Positions 24,189 through 37,210 of a stretch of 64,000 bases of DNA are shown here, piece by piece; positions within the stretch are counted from its first letter, which is position 1; every line of letters starts with the position of its first letter. The notes beneath the pieces are model-generated. The model was not told where the DNA came from. It searched no databases and saw only the letters and a program-made list of their open reading frames with translations. The translations under genes were made by a program, and so were the position numbers. Source of the DNA: Camelus dromedarius (Eukaryota); NCBI RefSeq assembly GCF_036321535.1, contig NC_087447.1:43154001-43218000 (forward strand), read 5' to 3'.

Positions 24189-24811
24189 TGTCCTAGTTCC
24201 CAGGCGAGCACCTGGGACCCGCCCCATCAGGTGAGAGTCCTTGGCTTCACAGGAAAGAATTCAAGAGTAAACCATAGTTGAGTAAAAGTAGATTTTTTCA
24301 GAGATTTATTCACACTTTATAGACTGAATGTAGGCCATCCCAGAAGGCCAGAGAGGCCATGAGGTGTGGGAGACGGGAGGTGGTGGTTAAAGTAAAAATA
24401 GATACATGCTCCATAGACAGAGTGTGGGCCATCTCAGAAGGTGAAGGAGTGAGAGGCCATGAGGTGCGGGTTGCTAGTTGTTACGGGCTTGGTTACTTCA
24501 TATGCTAACAAGTGGGAGGATTATTCTAACTACTTTGGGGAGGGGCTGGGATTCCCATGAATTGGGCCACTGCCCACTTTTTGACTTTTCATGGTTAGCC
24601 TCAGAACTATCATGGCACCTGTGGGAGTGCCATTTACCATGCTGATGTATTACAATGAGCATAGAATGAAGCTCCAGGTCTACTGGAAGTCAATCTCCTG
24701 CCATCTTGGGCCTCAAGATCTGCTGAGAGTTGAATCTTCTGCCATCTTGGTGCTAACTGCTATGTCATTCCTTTAATGGTTGTGCCCTGGCCCCTTCCCT
24801 CCTGTCTCACA
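24189..24811 (-). mobile_element. ERV1 solo LTR, MER41-related artiodactyl family
   Basis: TG...CA termini. The minus strand begins TGTGAGACAGGAGGGAAGGGGCCAGGGCACAACC, resembling artiodactyl MER41-like LTRs. Internal gaaagaattcaagag and gccatcttgg motifs. Confidence 0.65.
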
Positions 24812-27189
24812 GATGGTCAGAGAGGAGGCAGTGGAAGTCTGGGAAGGAAATGGTGGAGGGCATGGCTAGAGCTGTGGCCTTGGGAAGGGGGGCTTATCTG
24901 AGGTCCTGGTGGTAGAGATCCTGGGTAGAGCACCTCAGCTACCCATCTCAGGGCCTGAGCTTCTGGAGCTGAGCCCCAGGGAAGGCAGACCGGAGACCCT
25001 GGCTGCAAGCCCACCTCTCCCCACCTTTGTCCCAGAGTCCGCTGCCGGCCTTGCCCAGCTCTGGCCTGAGGTTTCCCACTTCCTTTTCTGTGGCTGCCCC
25101 ATGAGGGGACCAGGATCCTGACTTTTCAGGCTGCAAAGAAGTGAGCCCGAGCCCGTGGGCCTGAGGCAGGAAGGAACACACCAGAGTGGGGAAGCAGCAA
25201 GTCCAGCCTGGCCTCGCTACCCACTTCCAAACTCCTGTGATCCCACGTGATCTGTCAAGTGTTTCGTGGTCCTCCCAACCCTGGGCCAGTTATCTCTCTC
25301 AGACTGGCTTCCACAAAAGCTCCTGATTCTGGGAAAGAGCTACATCTGCCTACCCTTACCTGCACCTAATACAGTCCATCCCCTGATTATATATGAGTAG
25401 GACTGGCCGGAGAAGAGCAGACTTGTGTCTGAGAGCACTTCCATGGGGAACTGAGTCTAAGGTCTTGCCTCCGCATGAGCTGTCCCTCCTGACCTGGCAC
25501 AACTCCTGCGTGGCTGCCCAGGGCCTAGAGAGCCAGCCAGCCCCCTCCACTCTCCCCTCTGTGGCCCACATTCCCTTGTGCTGTGCCTTCCCTTCCAGGG
25601 TGAAGGCTTTGGATTCTCTCCCCCCAGAGGAGAATAACCCCATAGCATCAGCCCAGACATATGCAGATCTGAATTCTTTATAATTCTTTCAAAGAATTGC
25701 AGGGGGGTGTGACAACTTTCTGCAGAGGTGGCTTTCTTTTGGCTTGCAGGGTGGCAAGGGAGCCTGAGGGAAGGGAATAAGCATGGACCCTGAATTCCAG
25801 TCCTCCTCTGCATCCTCTGACAGTGAGATCTCAGGAAGGTCTTGCTCTGTCACACATTGCTGTGTGACCCTCGGTAAGCCACTAAGCCCCTCTGAGCCTC
25901 AGTTTCCTCATACATAAATTAGGTCCCAGAGCATCCTCCCTGTCCCCTGCACAGAACTCACATGGGAGAAAATGTATTTAGGTGCTTTGCCAGGTGAGCA
26001 GCACTGTGCCCTCCTGAGGAATTGTTGGTGAGAACACAGTGACTACATAAAGTAAAGGGTACCTGCCACCCCTCCTCCTGGCATCCCCTACCCTTCAGAG
26101 GTTCTTTAAGCCCCAGGCCCCACAAGACCTTGGAAGAGAGTGTGGAGAGACTAGGGGATAGTTTACTTGAGGGGGCAGCTTTCTGGGACAGCATCCCATG
26201 ATGAAACCATGGAGACTCATGTAGCCAGCCTCACTCCTGGAAAAGGGGTATTTGCCCCAAGCCCTGATACCCTCCTGAAGTGACCAGAGCTTTCCTGTCC
26301 CCTTTGTGGAGCAGTTCCCACATGTGGAAGGCTTAAAGTCTGGTCTGTTGAATGAGATGAGGCCTGAGGTGCCATTAGTGGCCTTCAGTCTAACCTTGGT
26401 CATCCCCTCAGACTCAGGGGCAGCTAGGTGCACCCTGCCACGGCCCGGTCCTAGCTCCTCCTGCCAGCCAGTACACTTCATCTCCTTGAGTTACCCTCTC
26501 AGATTAGCCACAGAGAATGCTACCCTAGCCTGGCACTGTGTTCCCTCCCTCCAGCAATGGGTTTTTATTTGACCCAAAGGCAGGCTTGGTGCCTTTCTCC
26601 CTGGCCTCTGGCCTGGATCTGAGCTTGCACCCCTGTCTGGGGCAGGGCTCTCAGGCCTGGGGAAGGGGCAGCATTTCTTACTGAACCTTGGCTGGGGGCC
26701 TGGAGGACCTCACTGTGATCCTATCTGTTGTGCACATAACTTGTGGTACCCAATGTAGGACAAGCTCAAGGTCTGAAAAAAAGACCCACCCCACCCCCTC
26801 CCCGCACAAGTATGCCCAATTTGCACGTAGGGCGTAGGCCTCAGAGGATGCAGAAATTTCAACACAGAGAGATCTAGAAAGACAAAACACGAATGCGGTG
26901 GTGGAAACAAATGGGTCAGAGTGATGGATCCAATAGGGTCTGGGTTGCCTGGGGAGCAGGGCTAGAAGAGCGGGCACAGTCTGATATCTGGATGGGAAGG
27001 CCTGGGGAGGGGGGTACGGGGGTGCACTGGAGCCCTTCCCTATGGAGCAGCTGACGTGAGATGGGGTGACCAGGGCATGGCCTCTCAGAGGGCTGGCTGC
27101 TGGGCCTCCCAGGCACCCTTCCCTGACCCCAGGACTTCATTTTTATGAACTGGCTTCTCCTCTTCTCAAAGGAATGTTTTGTTGGTGCT

Positions 27190-27760
27190 TGTTTTCTTTT
27201 GCCTTACAACAGCTTTATCAAGAATTAATTTGCATGCCACAAAATTAACCTTTTTAAAATGTACAATTCAGTAGCTTTTAGTATATTTACAGAGTTGTTC
27301 AACCATCACCATTATCAGGTTCAAGAACATTTTCATCACCCTAAAAAGAAACTCCATTAGCAGTCACTCCCCATCTCTCTTCTCCTTGGCAACTACTAAT
27401 TTACTTTCTGTTTCTACGGATTGGCCTTTTCTGGATATTTCATATAAATGGAATCATACAGGATGTGGTCTTTCTTAGCATAATGTTTTCAGGATTCATC
27501 CATATCGTAGTGTATCACAATACTTCATTACTTTTCATTGCTGAATAATATTCCATTATGTGTATGTATATACCATATTTTATTTATTCATTCATCAGCT
27601 GATGGGCATTTGGATGGTTTCTACTTTTTAGCTATTATGAATCATGCTGCTAGGAACATTCGTATTCAAGTTTTTGTGTGGACATATGTTTTCATTTTTC
27701 TTGGGTATATATTTAGGAGTGGAATTGCTGAGTCATATGGTAACTCTATGTTTAGGGATA
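27190..27760 (-). mobile_element. L1MB-type 3' end, antisense
   Basis: acagctttatcaag...gtacaattcagtagcttttagtatatttacagagttgttcaaccatcacc...catataaatggaatcataca...ggagtggaattgctgagtcatatggtaactctatgttt. Confidence 0.85.
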
Positions 27761-28324
27761 TTTGTTTTTAACTTTGAATAAACAGTGTAAGAGTGTTTAG
27801 GAGAGAAACCACCCTTGGTTGTCTGAGCTTCGGGAAAGGAGGTTGCCTGAAGTCTGGTTCCCCTGGGTTCCTAAGATTCAGTAGAACTTTTCCCCTGCTG
27901 GCTTCAGTTTTCTTATCAGTGAAATGGGATTCTTAGGGATCCCTGCTCACCTCAAGGGCTTTTGTTAGTAATTTGTCCTTACTTAGCATGTCAAGGCTTG
28001 CAAAGCACTCTGCTCACCTTAGTTGCTTTGGTTCTCATGCCCTGAGAGTTGGGTATTATTACTCCAGTTTTGCTGATGGGGATGCTGAAGCTCAGAGAGG
28101 CCAAAGGGCTTGACTGAGTTTACATTGTGGGTCAATGGCAGAACTTGAACTTGAACCCAGACTCATCAGAGTCAAGGTCCCTGGTCTGAACTCCTGCCTC
28201 ACCTGTGTCTCTGGGCAAAGCAGGGCATTATCAAAGGAGAGGTCTATCTGAGCAGCCACTGTGTCCTATTCCCCACCCTGGGTGCTGGAAAGTCAGGGCC
28301 CAGACCTGGCAAGACATGGGCTCT

Positions 28325-28540
28325 GCAGCAGAACGGTGCTCTAGGAATCAGGACTTTACAAATATCTGCTTTTTAGCTGTGTGACTTTGGATCAGTTGCT
28401 CCACCTCTCTGAGCCTCAATTTCCCCATCCACAAAATTGAAACAGTAATTACTCCTCGTAGCACTGGAAGGAGAATGTGGCAAGATGTTGTGTAGGAAAT
28501 GCCCAGCACGATGCCAGGCACACAGAGGTGTTAGATTATA
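28325..28540 (+). mobile_element. MIR SINE
   Basis: agctgtgtgactttggatcagttgctccacctctctgagcctcaatttccccatccacaaaat. Confidence 0.75.
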
Positions 28541-31500
28541 GCACACTTGAGGAGGGCTTGAAGAGGGAGCCGAGTGCTATGGGATCATTGAGGAGAAGTG
28601 GCTGGATTCTGCATTGGTCAGAGACAGTGTTAAGGAGGAGCCATTCCTTGGGCTGGCCAGGAAGGTGAGAGAAAGTGGGCAGTCCCAGTGTTCTCCAGCC
28701 TGGGGCTGCCGGAAACCAGGAGGAATTTCCAGGGGTCTCACAATAACCTGTCTCCAGGAGAGTTTGTAGAAAGGCCCTGCCGGTACCCCCAGTCCTTACC
28801 CCAAGCCCAGCCCATCGATGCCTGAGAGGAGGGCTTGCATGACTGCCTTAGTTAGCCGAATGGTAATAAAACACTTTAAATTTATTGTGACATTTGGATT
28901 TAATTAAAAAGTACACACTTAGGGAAGTAGAACATAATGGGGAGAGAGGCAGGGTGGCTTTTCCCCTCCTTTCTTCCCCAAACTAATTAGCGTTGTATTT
29001 TAAATTGTTTATGTGCCGCTAATCATCGTAATAAATCATTTATACTGAAAAAGACACAGTCGGCTGTGCCCGCCGCGCGGGTTCCGCTCGCCGGGCTCTA
29101 TCGTGAACAAATTGATCTGGAAGTGAATTTATTAACCACTGGGGAAGAAATCATTAGTGCTTTCTCTAAACATTCCCCAGGTACGCTTTATTGCCGCAGT
29201 TTATGCTGTAACTAAAAGGAGCATTACCCAGGCCCATGTTGTAATTTCCTTGCAGAGCCGGCAGCCCACTCCCAAGCCGGGGGGTGGGAGGGGTTGAGGC
29301 GTCCCTGTCTTCTCACCCAGAAGTGCTCTGGTGACCCCAGCCTTTCCCCAGGCTCCTCTTTCCAGAAGGGGCCCCCTTGAGGTCTCTGCGGGCCCAAGAC
29401 TTTGGCTCCCCTCCTGGTGCCTCTCAGCAGAGGAATGGTTCCCAGAAGCTTGTGTTTTTGTCTCGGGAGTGTGGCTTACAGCTGGGGCTTAGCCTCAGGT
29501 TTAGGGAACTGGCAGGCAGTGGCTATGAGTCATTGAGGTCAGACAGGCTTGTCATGGACCAGCTTCCCCACCCAGAGATGGGAAGGCATCAGCGGTGGGC
29601 TGTTCGTACCATCAGAAGAACGAATGTGGCAGAGCAGGGACCCAGGCAGGAGCAGGGGGCCCATAGCCAGGGATACCAGGGGCATCCTCTCCCCAGAGCA
29701 TCCCAAGGCCCTCTTGCAGGCCCTGCTGCCTCCTCCTGCATTTGACTGGAGCAGTCTGTTCTGCTCAGCTCCCTGCTGAGGCCCACCGCCCAGAGTGTCC
29801 CCGTCCACCTCTGAGTGCCGGGCCGGGATGGTACTCAGGATGCCACATGCAGTCTGACAGGTGACAGACAGCATGATTGTCAGCTCCCTGGCATCAGGTG
29901 CCAGGCCTCGAAGAATGCAGCCTGTGGCCACACCAGCCTTCCCAGCAGCCAGGTGCTCTACTGCCTCACACGCAGGGTGACACTTTCTCTCCCTTTGCAC
30001 TGAGGGTGGGATGGGGGCTTCAGACCACCCTCACTTCAGGGGGCCTGCACTCCAAGACACTCACAGCAGGCTTTCTCCCATCAGGTTTCTAGAAGGGAAA
30101 TTCACTTTGGAACCAAGAGCTTCTCCCTGAGAGCCCTTGGCTGGTCTAGGATATAAATCCCTGCCTGTCTGGCTCTAAAGCTCGTGTTCATAATGGCTTC
30201 ATCCCCGAGGCCCCACGAGCCTCCACAGCCAGGTTGAGGTGAATGGGGATCTGGCTCACACAGGCCTTGCCTTCAGCCGTTCTCATCCAGGTCTGCAAAG
30301 GAGGAGGGGGCAGCCCCCCAGACCTCAGTGGGAATCCCAGGAAAGCACCTCAGGCAGGCACCTCACAGGCAGTGCTGGGTCTGCAAGAGCTGAAGGGTCT
30401 CCTCTCCCTGCAGCTCCCTTGCCCTCCCTTCCCTTACCCTGCCCAGTGGCTAGCAGGTGGGCCCTGGCTGTTTCAAGAAGCAGGCAGGACCCAGCAGCTG
30501 GCTAGGCCAAGCCTGCCTGGAGGGTCCCCTTCTTGTGTCTGGAGAACACATTTAAAAGTTTGAATTCAAAATTGATTTTGAAGGGCCCTAATCTCCGATC
30601 CCCTGGCGCTCACGGTGTGTCTGCAGCTCCTGCCAGACTCTCGTTTTCTGGTTCAGCGCGTTGGTGCTCGCGTCCCTGATGCTGTGAAATTGAGACTCGT
30701 CTGAGAATCCGTGCCCTCCTCCTCCTCTGGAGATTGCAGGCCCCTTGGGAGCCCTGTTTCATTACATGGGTGACGCGGGCTTTGCGGGTACCCAGGGAGC
30801 AGCTGAGTTGCTGTCTGGGGAAAGCAGCTTCCAGACGCTTCCCCGCTGGTCCCCACAGCTGTGCAGCTCCAAGAAGCATCCTGCCAAAGGACCTAGGGGC
30901 TGGCTCCAGCAGCCCAGGATGGGATGGGGCTTGGGGGAGGCTACAGATAGAGAAAGGCTTGGACCTGGGGTTCTTCTGTAGCAAACTTCAGGGGCTTTTT
31001 CCTCCACTGGCCCCCAGAGGCTCAGACTAGGCCCAGAGGGAGGAATGGCTGCATCTTTAAGTCAAGAGGACCCTCAGGTGGAGAGTTGGAGGCGGGGCTA
31101 GGTCTGTGCCAGGGAGGAGGGGTGCCCAGGCCACAGATGCAAAGGGAAAGACTGAGCTGCTGAGGGTACACAGATGCCTGCGCTCAACCCCCCCAGCCCC
31201 TGAGAGTTAGGATGGAGTATTTACGCACAAGGGGAGGCACAGAGAGTTTCATTCCTCATGGGTCTGCAGGGGCCGAAGGACAGGATTGCTGTCTCTTCAT
31301 CTAAGGGGTAGATAGTATATTTGCACAAGAGCAGTCATTTCTCAGCTGGAGCCCTGGGATGGTCCTCTCCACATTCCAGATTGTGGCAGGCGGGACCTAG
31401 GGAGCACCACACAGTTGGACCTGCATTTATTTCTTAGAGCTGCATGGCTACAGGTGTGTGGTGCAGGGCAGCCAAGCCTGATTATGGCTCCATCTCTGGG

Positions 31501-31639
31501 GAGCCTACCTATCTGCATCAGCCCACTCTGGCCAGCAGACTCTTGCCAATAATATCTGCATAGATTCTGCTCAGTCTCTTCATTCATTAACTGAACTGAT
31601 GGTTCAGAAGTGACCACTATGAGGCCTAAAAGTGACCAC

Positions 31640-32400
31640 TATGGGGTTCACGGTGGTGAACAAGAGAGACAGGCCCCCAAAATAGGCCTTCATGGGGCTT
31701 ACATTCTTATGAGAGAGACCACTCATTTTTCTTAGGTAAAATCACAAAAAAAGTAAAATAATTATAAACTGTGATAAAAACTCAGAAGGAAATGACTGGG
31801 GAGTCATTTAAATAAGGAGGTCAAGGCTGGCCTGTCTGAGGAGATGACATTTAAGCTGAAGCCCAAAGATAAGAAGGAGCCAGCCACACAAAGAGACAGG
31901 GAAGAGTATTCTACAGAGGGGGAAACAGCATGTACAAAGGCCCTGAGGCAGGAGGGAGATCTGGAGTGAGGTGGAAGCACCTGGTGGGGTGAGGAGGGGG
32001 GTTTTGGGGGAGGAGCCAGACCACATGAGGATAGTACAGGCTTGATGAAGAATGTGGATGTTATTCCCAGCCCACTGGAAGTTCAGGAAGGGTGTCAAGC
32101 TGAGCAGTGGCCTGATCTATGTTTTGGAAGATTTCTTCAGCTGCTATATGAAGTTGGATTGTGGATCCTAGATACAAGAAGCCAGTGGGGGGCTTTGCTG
32201 ATAGTTCAGTGAAAGATGGTGGTGGCTCTGGAAATGGAAAGAAGCAGGTGGGATGGGGATCAAGCAGGGTTGAGGGGATGTGGATGATGGAAGATCTGAG
32301 GATGACTCTGAGTTTCTGGCCTGAGCACCTGGGTGGATGACGGTGTTAGGACTGTGACGGGAAGTCTGGGTAAAGATACCAGTTTTGGGGAGGAGATATA
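31640..32400 (+). mobile_element. LINE-2 fragment
   Basis: gtggtgaacaagagagacagg...ggcctgtctgaggagatgacatttaagctgaagccc...gaggatgactctgagtttctggcctgagcacctgggtggatg. Confidence 0.8.
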
Positions 32401-34119
32401 GAATCCTATTTTGGATCTGCTGTCTTCTAGTTATGTCTAGGGCTTTACAGAGACAACCTAAGAATGAGAAGAGAGGGCCTGCACCTGCGCTGGATGTAAC
32501 TGTGCGGTTAACTTCGGCATCATTCCCCTGATAAAATCCAAAGAGCACATGCAGTTCTGATGTTTCAAAGTGCCCTTCAGATACCGTTTGCACCTGCTCC
32601 CATGTCTCTTGGTACATCATCCAAGCCCCCTTCAGGTTCTCGACTGGGTCCCCTAAAGCCATTGCCCAACTGTGGGCTGTGCTGGGCTCAGCTTCCATCA
32701 GCAGCAAAAACCCAAAAAGTGTGTGTGGAAACCCCTCAGCCCTTCCACCTCCCCACACAGGAAGGTCCCTGCAAGCTGGGGCTTCAGGACACACGGTTCC
32801 TCTGGAGGTTTGCCTCCACCAGAACCCACTGCGGAAATGCCTACTGCTTCAGACTCCTGCCCAGGAAGTAGTTCCTCTGGAGGTTACAGCCCTGCAAGGG
32901 GTGTTTCCGAGCAGCCTTCTTTTGGCGGGGTCCCAGCAGAAGTTCACTTGCCCACTGGCTTAGGAGGAAGATGGCACAACGCAGCCTCTGGAGAGAGCTG
33001 GAACGGGGTGGGGTGCTTCCTGGCTCGCAGCCCAGGTCCAGGGCCCTGCTTGGCTACTCACAGGACACTCTTGGGCAGGTTGTGTGATTTCTCTGATCTC
33101 AGGGGCATGATGAGGGTGAGCATGAGTGGGTTTAAAGCGTTTGGCATGCAGCAGGCATTCAGCATGGGATGCTATCCTGTGGTCAGACGCAGCTGCGGTG
33201 GCTGCCGACGTTTGGGGTCACAACTGGACAGTGCTTTCCTTGAGCCTCTACCATGGTAGACTGTGGGGACCAGGAGGAACTTGGCTCTTCAGAGAAGGCA
33301 CGCCTTGCTAGACCCCCTTTAAATTTCCTGCCCTCAGCCGAGCCCTTCTCCGGGCCCCCTTTCCTGACCCCTTCATGCACATAAAGCCCTGAGTTATTGA
33401 TGGGCCCCTCACATTTGTGGCTCTAGGTCTGGAGCCCCCAACTCTCTCCTTACAGCACAGCCCTTCCCGTTGAGACTACTCTGTCCCTCTCAAGGCTGCA
33501 AAGCAAGCATCTCAGCTCTGCCTCCAAATGGCCTTCCTGCTCCTTTCCCAGCCCCTTTGTCCTTAGATTTTTGGTTCATGCCCCCTTTCTGGCCCTGCCA
33601 GAAGCCCTTTCAAGATCCCACTGCAGCTGCAGCTTCTGAAGGACCAACAGGTGAGACACAATGGCTTGTGACCCACCAAAGCAGGGACCAGTGCCCTGTC
33701 TGGGCCATCATTCCTCCTGGTCTTAGCCCAGACCCTTCTCTAAGCATGTCCCCCAGGCTCCCACCCTAGCATCATCTGTGTCTAGGCTGCACAGGAGAAC
33801 CCAGATGCTGCCCCCACAAACCTTCTTTACCTGGGCTGTTCAGGGAGGCCACAGGGTGTGTGCTGGGTGAGAACCTGAACTCTGGAGCCTGGCCTACCAG
33901 GGCTCCAGTCCCCACCCTGCCGCCTTCCAGCTGTGTGACCTCGGGTAAGGGCCTGAACCTCTCTGGGCCTCTGTTTCCTCCTCTGTTGAATGGGGAATCA
34001 TTTAGTGCATCAGGATTAATATTAGGATTCACTGAGACAACAGCTGTAGCGAGCGCTGGGTGAACAGTGGGTTTTGAGAAGAGGAATATGACGTCCGGAC
34101 CGAGGAGTCTTTGTCTTAG

Positions 34120-34665
34120 TCTTTTCGTTGTTGTTGAGGTATAATGTATACGCAGTAAAGGGCACAAGTCTCAAATGTTCAGTGCAGCGTGGTTTCCCAC
34201 ATGTATGCACCCATTTAAACATGACCCAGATCCACCCAAGACAGAAGACATTTCCAGGGCCTCAGCAGGCCTCCTCACACCTCCTGCCAGGTGATAACGC
34301 ACCCCGTTATTCTGACCTCCATCACCCTGGATCTGGTTTGCCTGTTTTGGAATTACGTATAAGTAGAATGATGTGGTGTGTACCTTTCAGTGTCTGGCTT
34401 CTTTCACTCCACGTTACACTGTCTGATTCATCCATGCTGTTGTGTGCCTCCGTGAATCTTTCATTTTCATTGCTGTGGCCTCTTCCATTGGATGACCATA
34501 GCGTGGTTTATTATCCCGTTCGCTGTTGATGGACACCTGTGTTGTTTCCGTTTGGGGCTGTTATGAAGAACACTGCTATGAACATCCTCACACACCTCTT
34601 TTAATGGCCATAAGCCCTCATTTCTGTTGGGCGCACACTTAGGCAGAAAATTGTTGCATCATCAG
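34120..34665 (-). mobile_element. L1M (L1MB/L1MC-type) 3' end, antisense
   Basis: ttgaggtataatgtatacgcagtaaagggcacaagtctcaaatg...gcctgttttggaattacgtataagtagaatg...tctggcttctttcactc...gttatgaagaacactgctatgaacatcc. Confidence 0.8.
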
Positions 34666-36974
34666 ACGTAGGTAAGTTTTCTTGGCTGACTTTTTTAAGC
34701 TACTGTGTCAAGCACTGTTAGGAGTATCTCGTGTCTGTTATCTGATTTCATATTCCAAATAATCCTTTAAAGCGGGCTGTCGTCCTTTAGCAGGTGAGCG
34801 TATTGAGGCAGAGCAGGGAAGGGATGGAATCAGAATTCCAGCCAACGCCATCTGTCTGCAGGGACCACCCTGCCAGCCTCTTCTCCCGGACCCCCTGGAG
34901 GGGCACTGCCTGGGTCAAAGGGGCCAGTCCCCTGACTGTGCTGACTGCCACCCTGCCAGCCGAGCCCCCTTCCCCACCCAGCCTCCCTGACCTGCCCCAG
35001 CGGGGACTGGGAGGCCCCGGGAGCCCCACTTTCCTCTCTCATCCAGCCCAATGAGCAGGTGCCCGCAAGGGGTGCGCGGAGGGGCGGTAACGAGCGTGCT
35101 CTAGGTGGCTGTAGCTGCGCGGCTCAACAGTTGTTCTCGTTGGCTTTTGATTCCAAATGAGTAGGAAATGCTATTAGTTCAGGCCTCGCCTGGCGTGTGG
35201 CAAGGCCCTGGGATAGGAGTGCAGTGAGACGAGAAATTGTGGAGATAAAACCGGTGTGAAATGGAGGCCTTCTCACAAGGCTGGATGTGGCCGCGCGAAA
35301 TGAAGTGACTTTGGAGAAAACGAGATTTAAAGAGATTCGGCAGAATTAGATTACAATTTCAAATTTCCTTATTAAACGGGATGGAGGCTGAGGAGGGGCC
35401 ACTGGCTGGCTCTGTTTGGGATCCTTCTCTGCAGTTCCAGGCCCAGCCAGGGGTCCAGCCAGTTCCAGGCACCTTGCAGATGGCAGGGGCCCAAACCCCA
35501 CCCCCAGCAGCTGACGTGGGTGTGACTTTTGTGGGACTGATCATTGCTGCTGCTCTGCATGGATCCATGTAGGCGAAAACTTGGGGCTCGTGCTCTTCCA
35601 TTTCCTGTGGGAAAATGGTCACTGAGAACAAAGCACCAGGCCTCTCACTTGTGGGCTAGGTTCAAATCAGAGTTGTTGAGCTATAGTCCACTTTTTGGAA
35701 ATGCAGTTTTTTAAAAGGCAGTAAACGTGCCTGTGATTATTCGTGCACATGTGTGTATATTTATGTCACACCCATGCACGCACGTCCTTGGGTGCGAGGG
35801 TATGTCTTTTCATGCAGTTTACTGAGCACCTGTTATATGCTGGCCTGTGCGGCAGCCTGGAGTAAGACTGTTGTGGGGAGAACAAGCACACACGGTCCCA
35901 CACCTGGACATAGTGTGCAATTACACGTACGTGTGAAAGTATATGTGCTCTTACGTAGGTTTGCATGTGTGACCTGCATCTGCATACCTCCTGTGTCTCC
36001 TAGTCGGTGTGATGTCTCCCACCCAGGTCTGCTAGCACCTCAGGGTGAGCAGCACCCAGCCTGGCAGCAGAGCAGATGAGCCCAGTGGTTAGGCCCTGAA
36101 GACAGACTGCAGGGGTTCAAACCCCAGCTCTGTCTCATTCTAACTCGTGACCCATGACAAGTCACAGCCTTTCTGGTCCTCACTTTTCCCATTGTTAACA
36201 TGGGAATAATCATGGTACCTGTCTCATAAGGCAGTTGTGAGCCAAGCCCTTAGAAGCTGAGCACTGCTAAGCGTTCCAGTGACATCTCTCTGCAGATTGC
36301 CCTTAGACCCTGAGAGAGCCCTGCCCAGGCTCCCTGTTTGCCCCCAGTGTAAGAGAGGGAAGCCCCAGAACTGTGCTGGGCAGCTGTGTTGTGCTGTGTG
36401 GGCACAAGCGTGGAACCAAGACTGAGGCACATGGAGAGATGAGAAATCCCAAGGCCACACCTGTCTGTGCCCCCAGGGCTTCCCAGGGCACACAGGGACC
36501 TGCTGTGAGCTGCCCCCACCTAAGCTGTCACAGCAACCCCTTCTCCTCTGACTGGTCTTTGCAGCGCCCTGTTGGACAGACGGGGCTGACCTCCTGCACA
36601 CATTTGCAGTGACCATTAGGCTGTCCTTTGGGTAAGGCCGGACTCCAGCCAGTTCCTGTGTGACTTTAACCACGGTGGCATATTCAAATCAGTTTATTTT
36701 CCTTAAAATGTGTCCATCACTGTCATAGGGACTTGAGATGGAGCTGTGACCAAGGTCATCTTTCCCCATGTGCTGAACGGGTGACACTAATCAGGGCTAA
36801 CTATTGACTGCCAGGTCTGGCTAGTTCTAAATACTTCACTTGTATTAACTCCTGGATTCCTCACGGAAACTCTGTGAGATGAGTGCTGGTTTCATGTTCA
36901 TTTTACAACAAAGAAGACTGAGACCGAGAGTTAAGTTCATACAGTCAAAGGTGAAAGGTGTCACACAAACCCAA

Positions 36975-37167
36975 ATTGAAGGAAACTCCATAATAACTGG
37001 CCGCACTCTTCAAAAATGCCAGTGCCTTAGGGGGAGGGTACAGCTCAGTGGTAGAGCACATGCTTAGCATGCACGAGGTCCTGGGTTCAATCCCCAGTAC
37101 CTCCATTAAAAAATAAAAATAAATAAATAAATCTAATTCCCCCCCCCACAAAAAATCTTAAACCAAA

Positions 37168-37210
<43 letters not shown>

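Noticed and set aside
31608..31643. 14-bp direct repeat AAGTGACCACTATG x2
   Set aside because: Simple local duplication at an L2 edge. Only two units, so not an array or CRISPR-like structure.
32168..33259. ORFs of 208 aa (-) and 195 aa (+)
   Set aside because: Partly overlap an L2 remnant; no domain similarity or splice support.
37030..37105. tRNA-Ala-like sequence
   Set aside because: It is the head of a SINE, followed by an A-rich/(TAAA)n tail and flanked by a TSD; not a tRNA gene.
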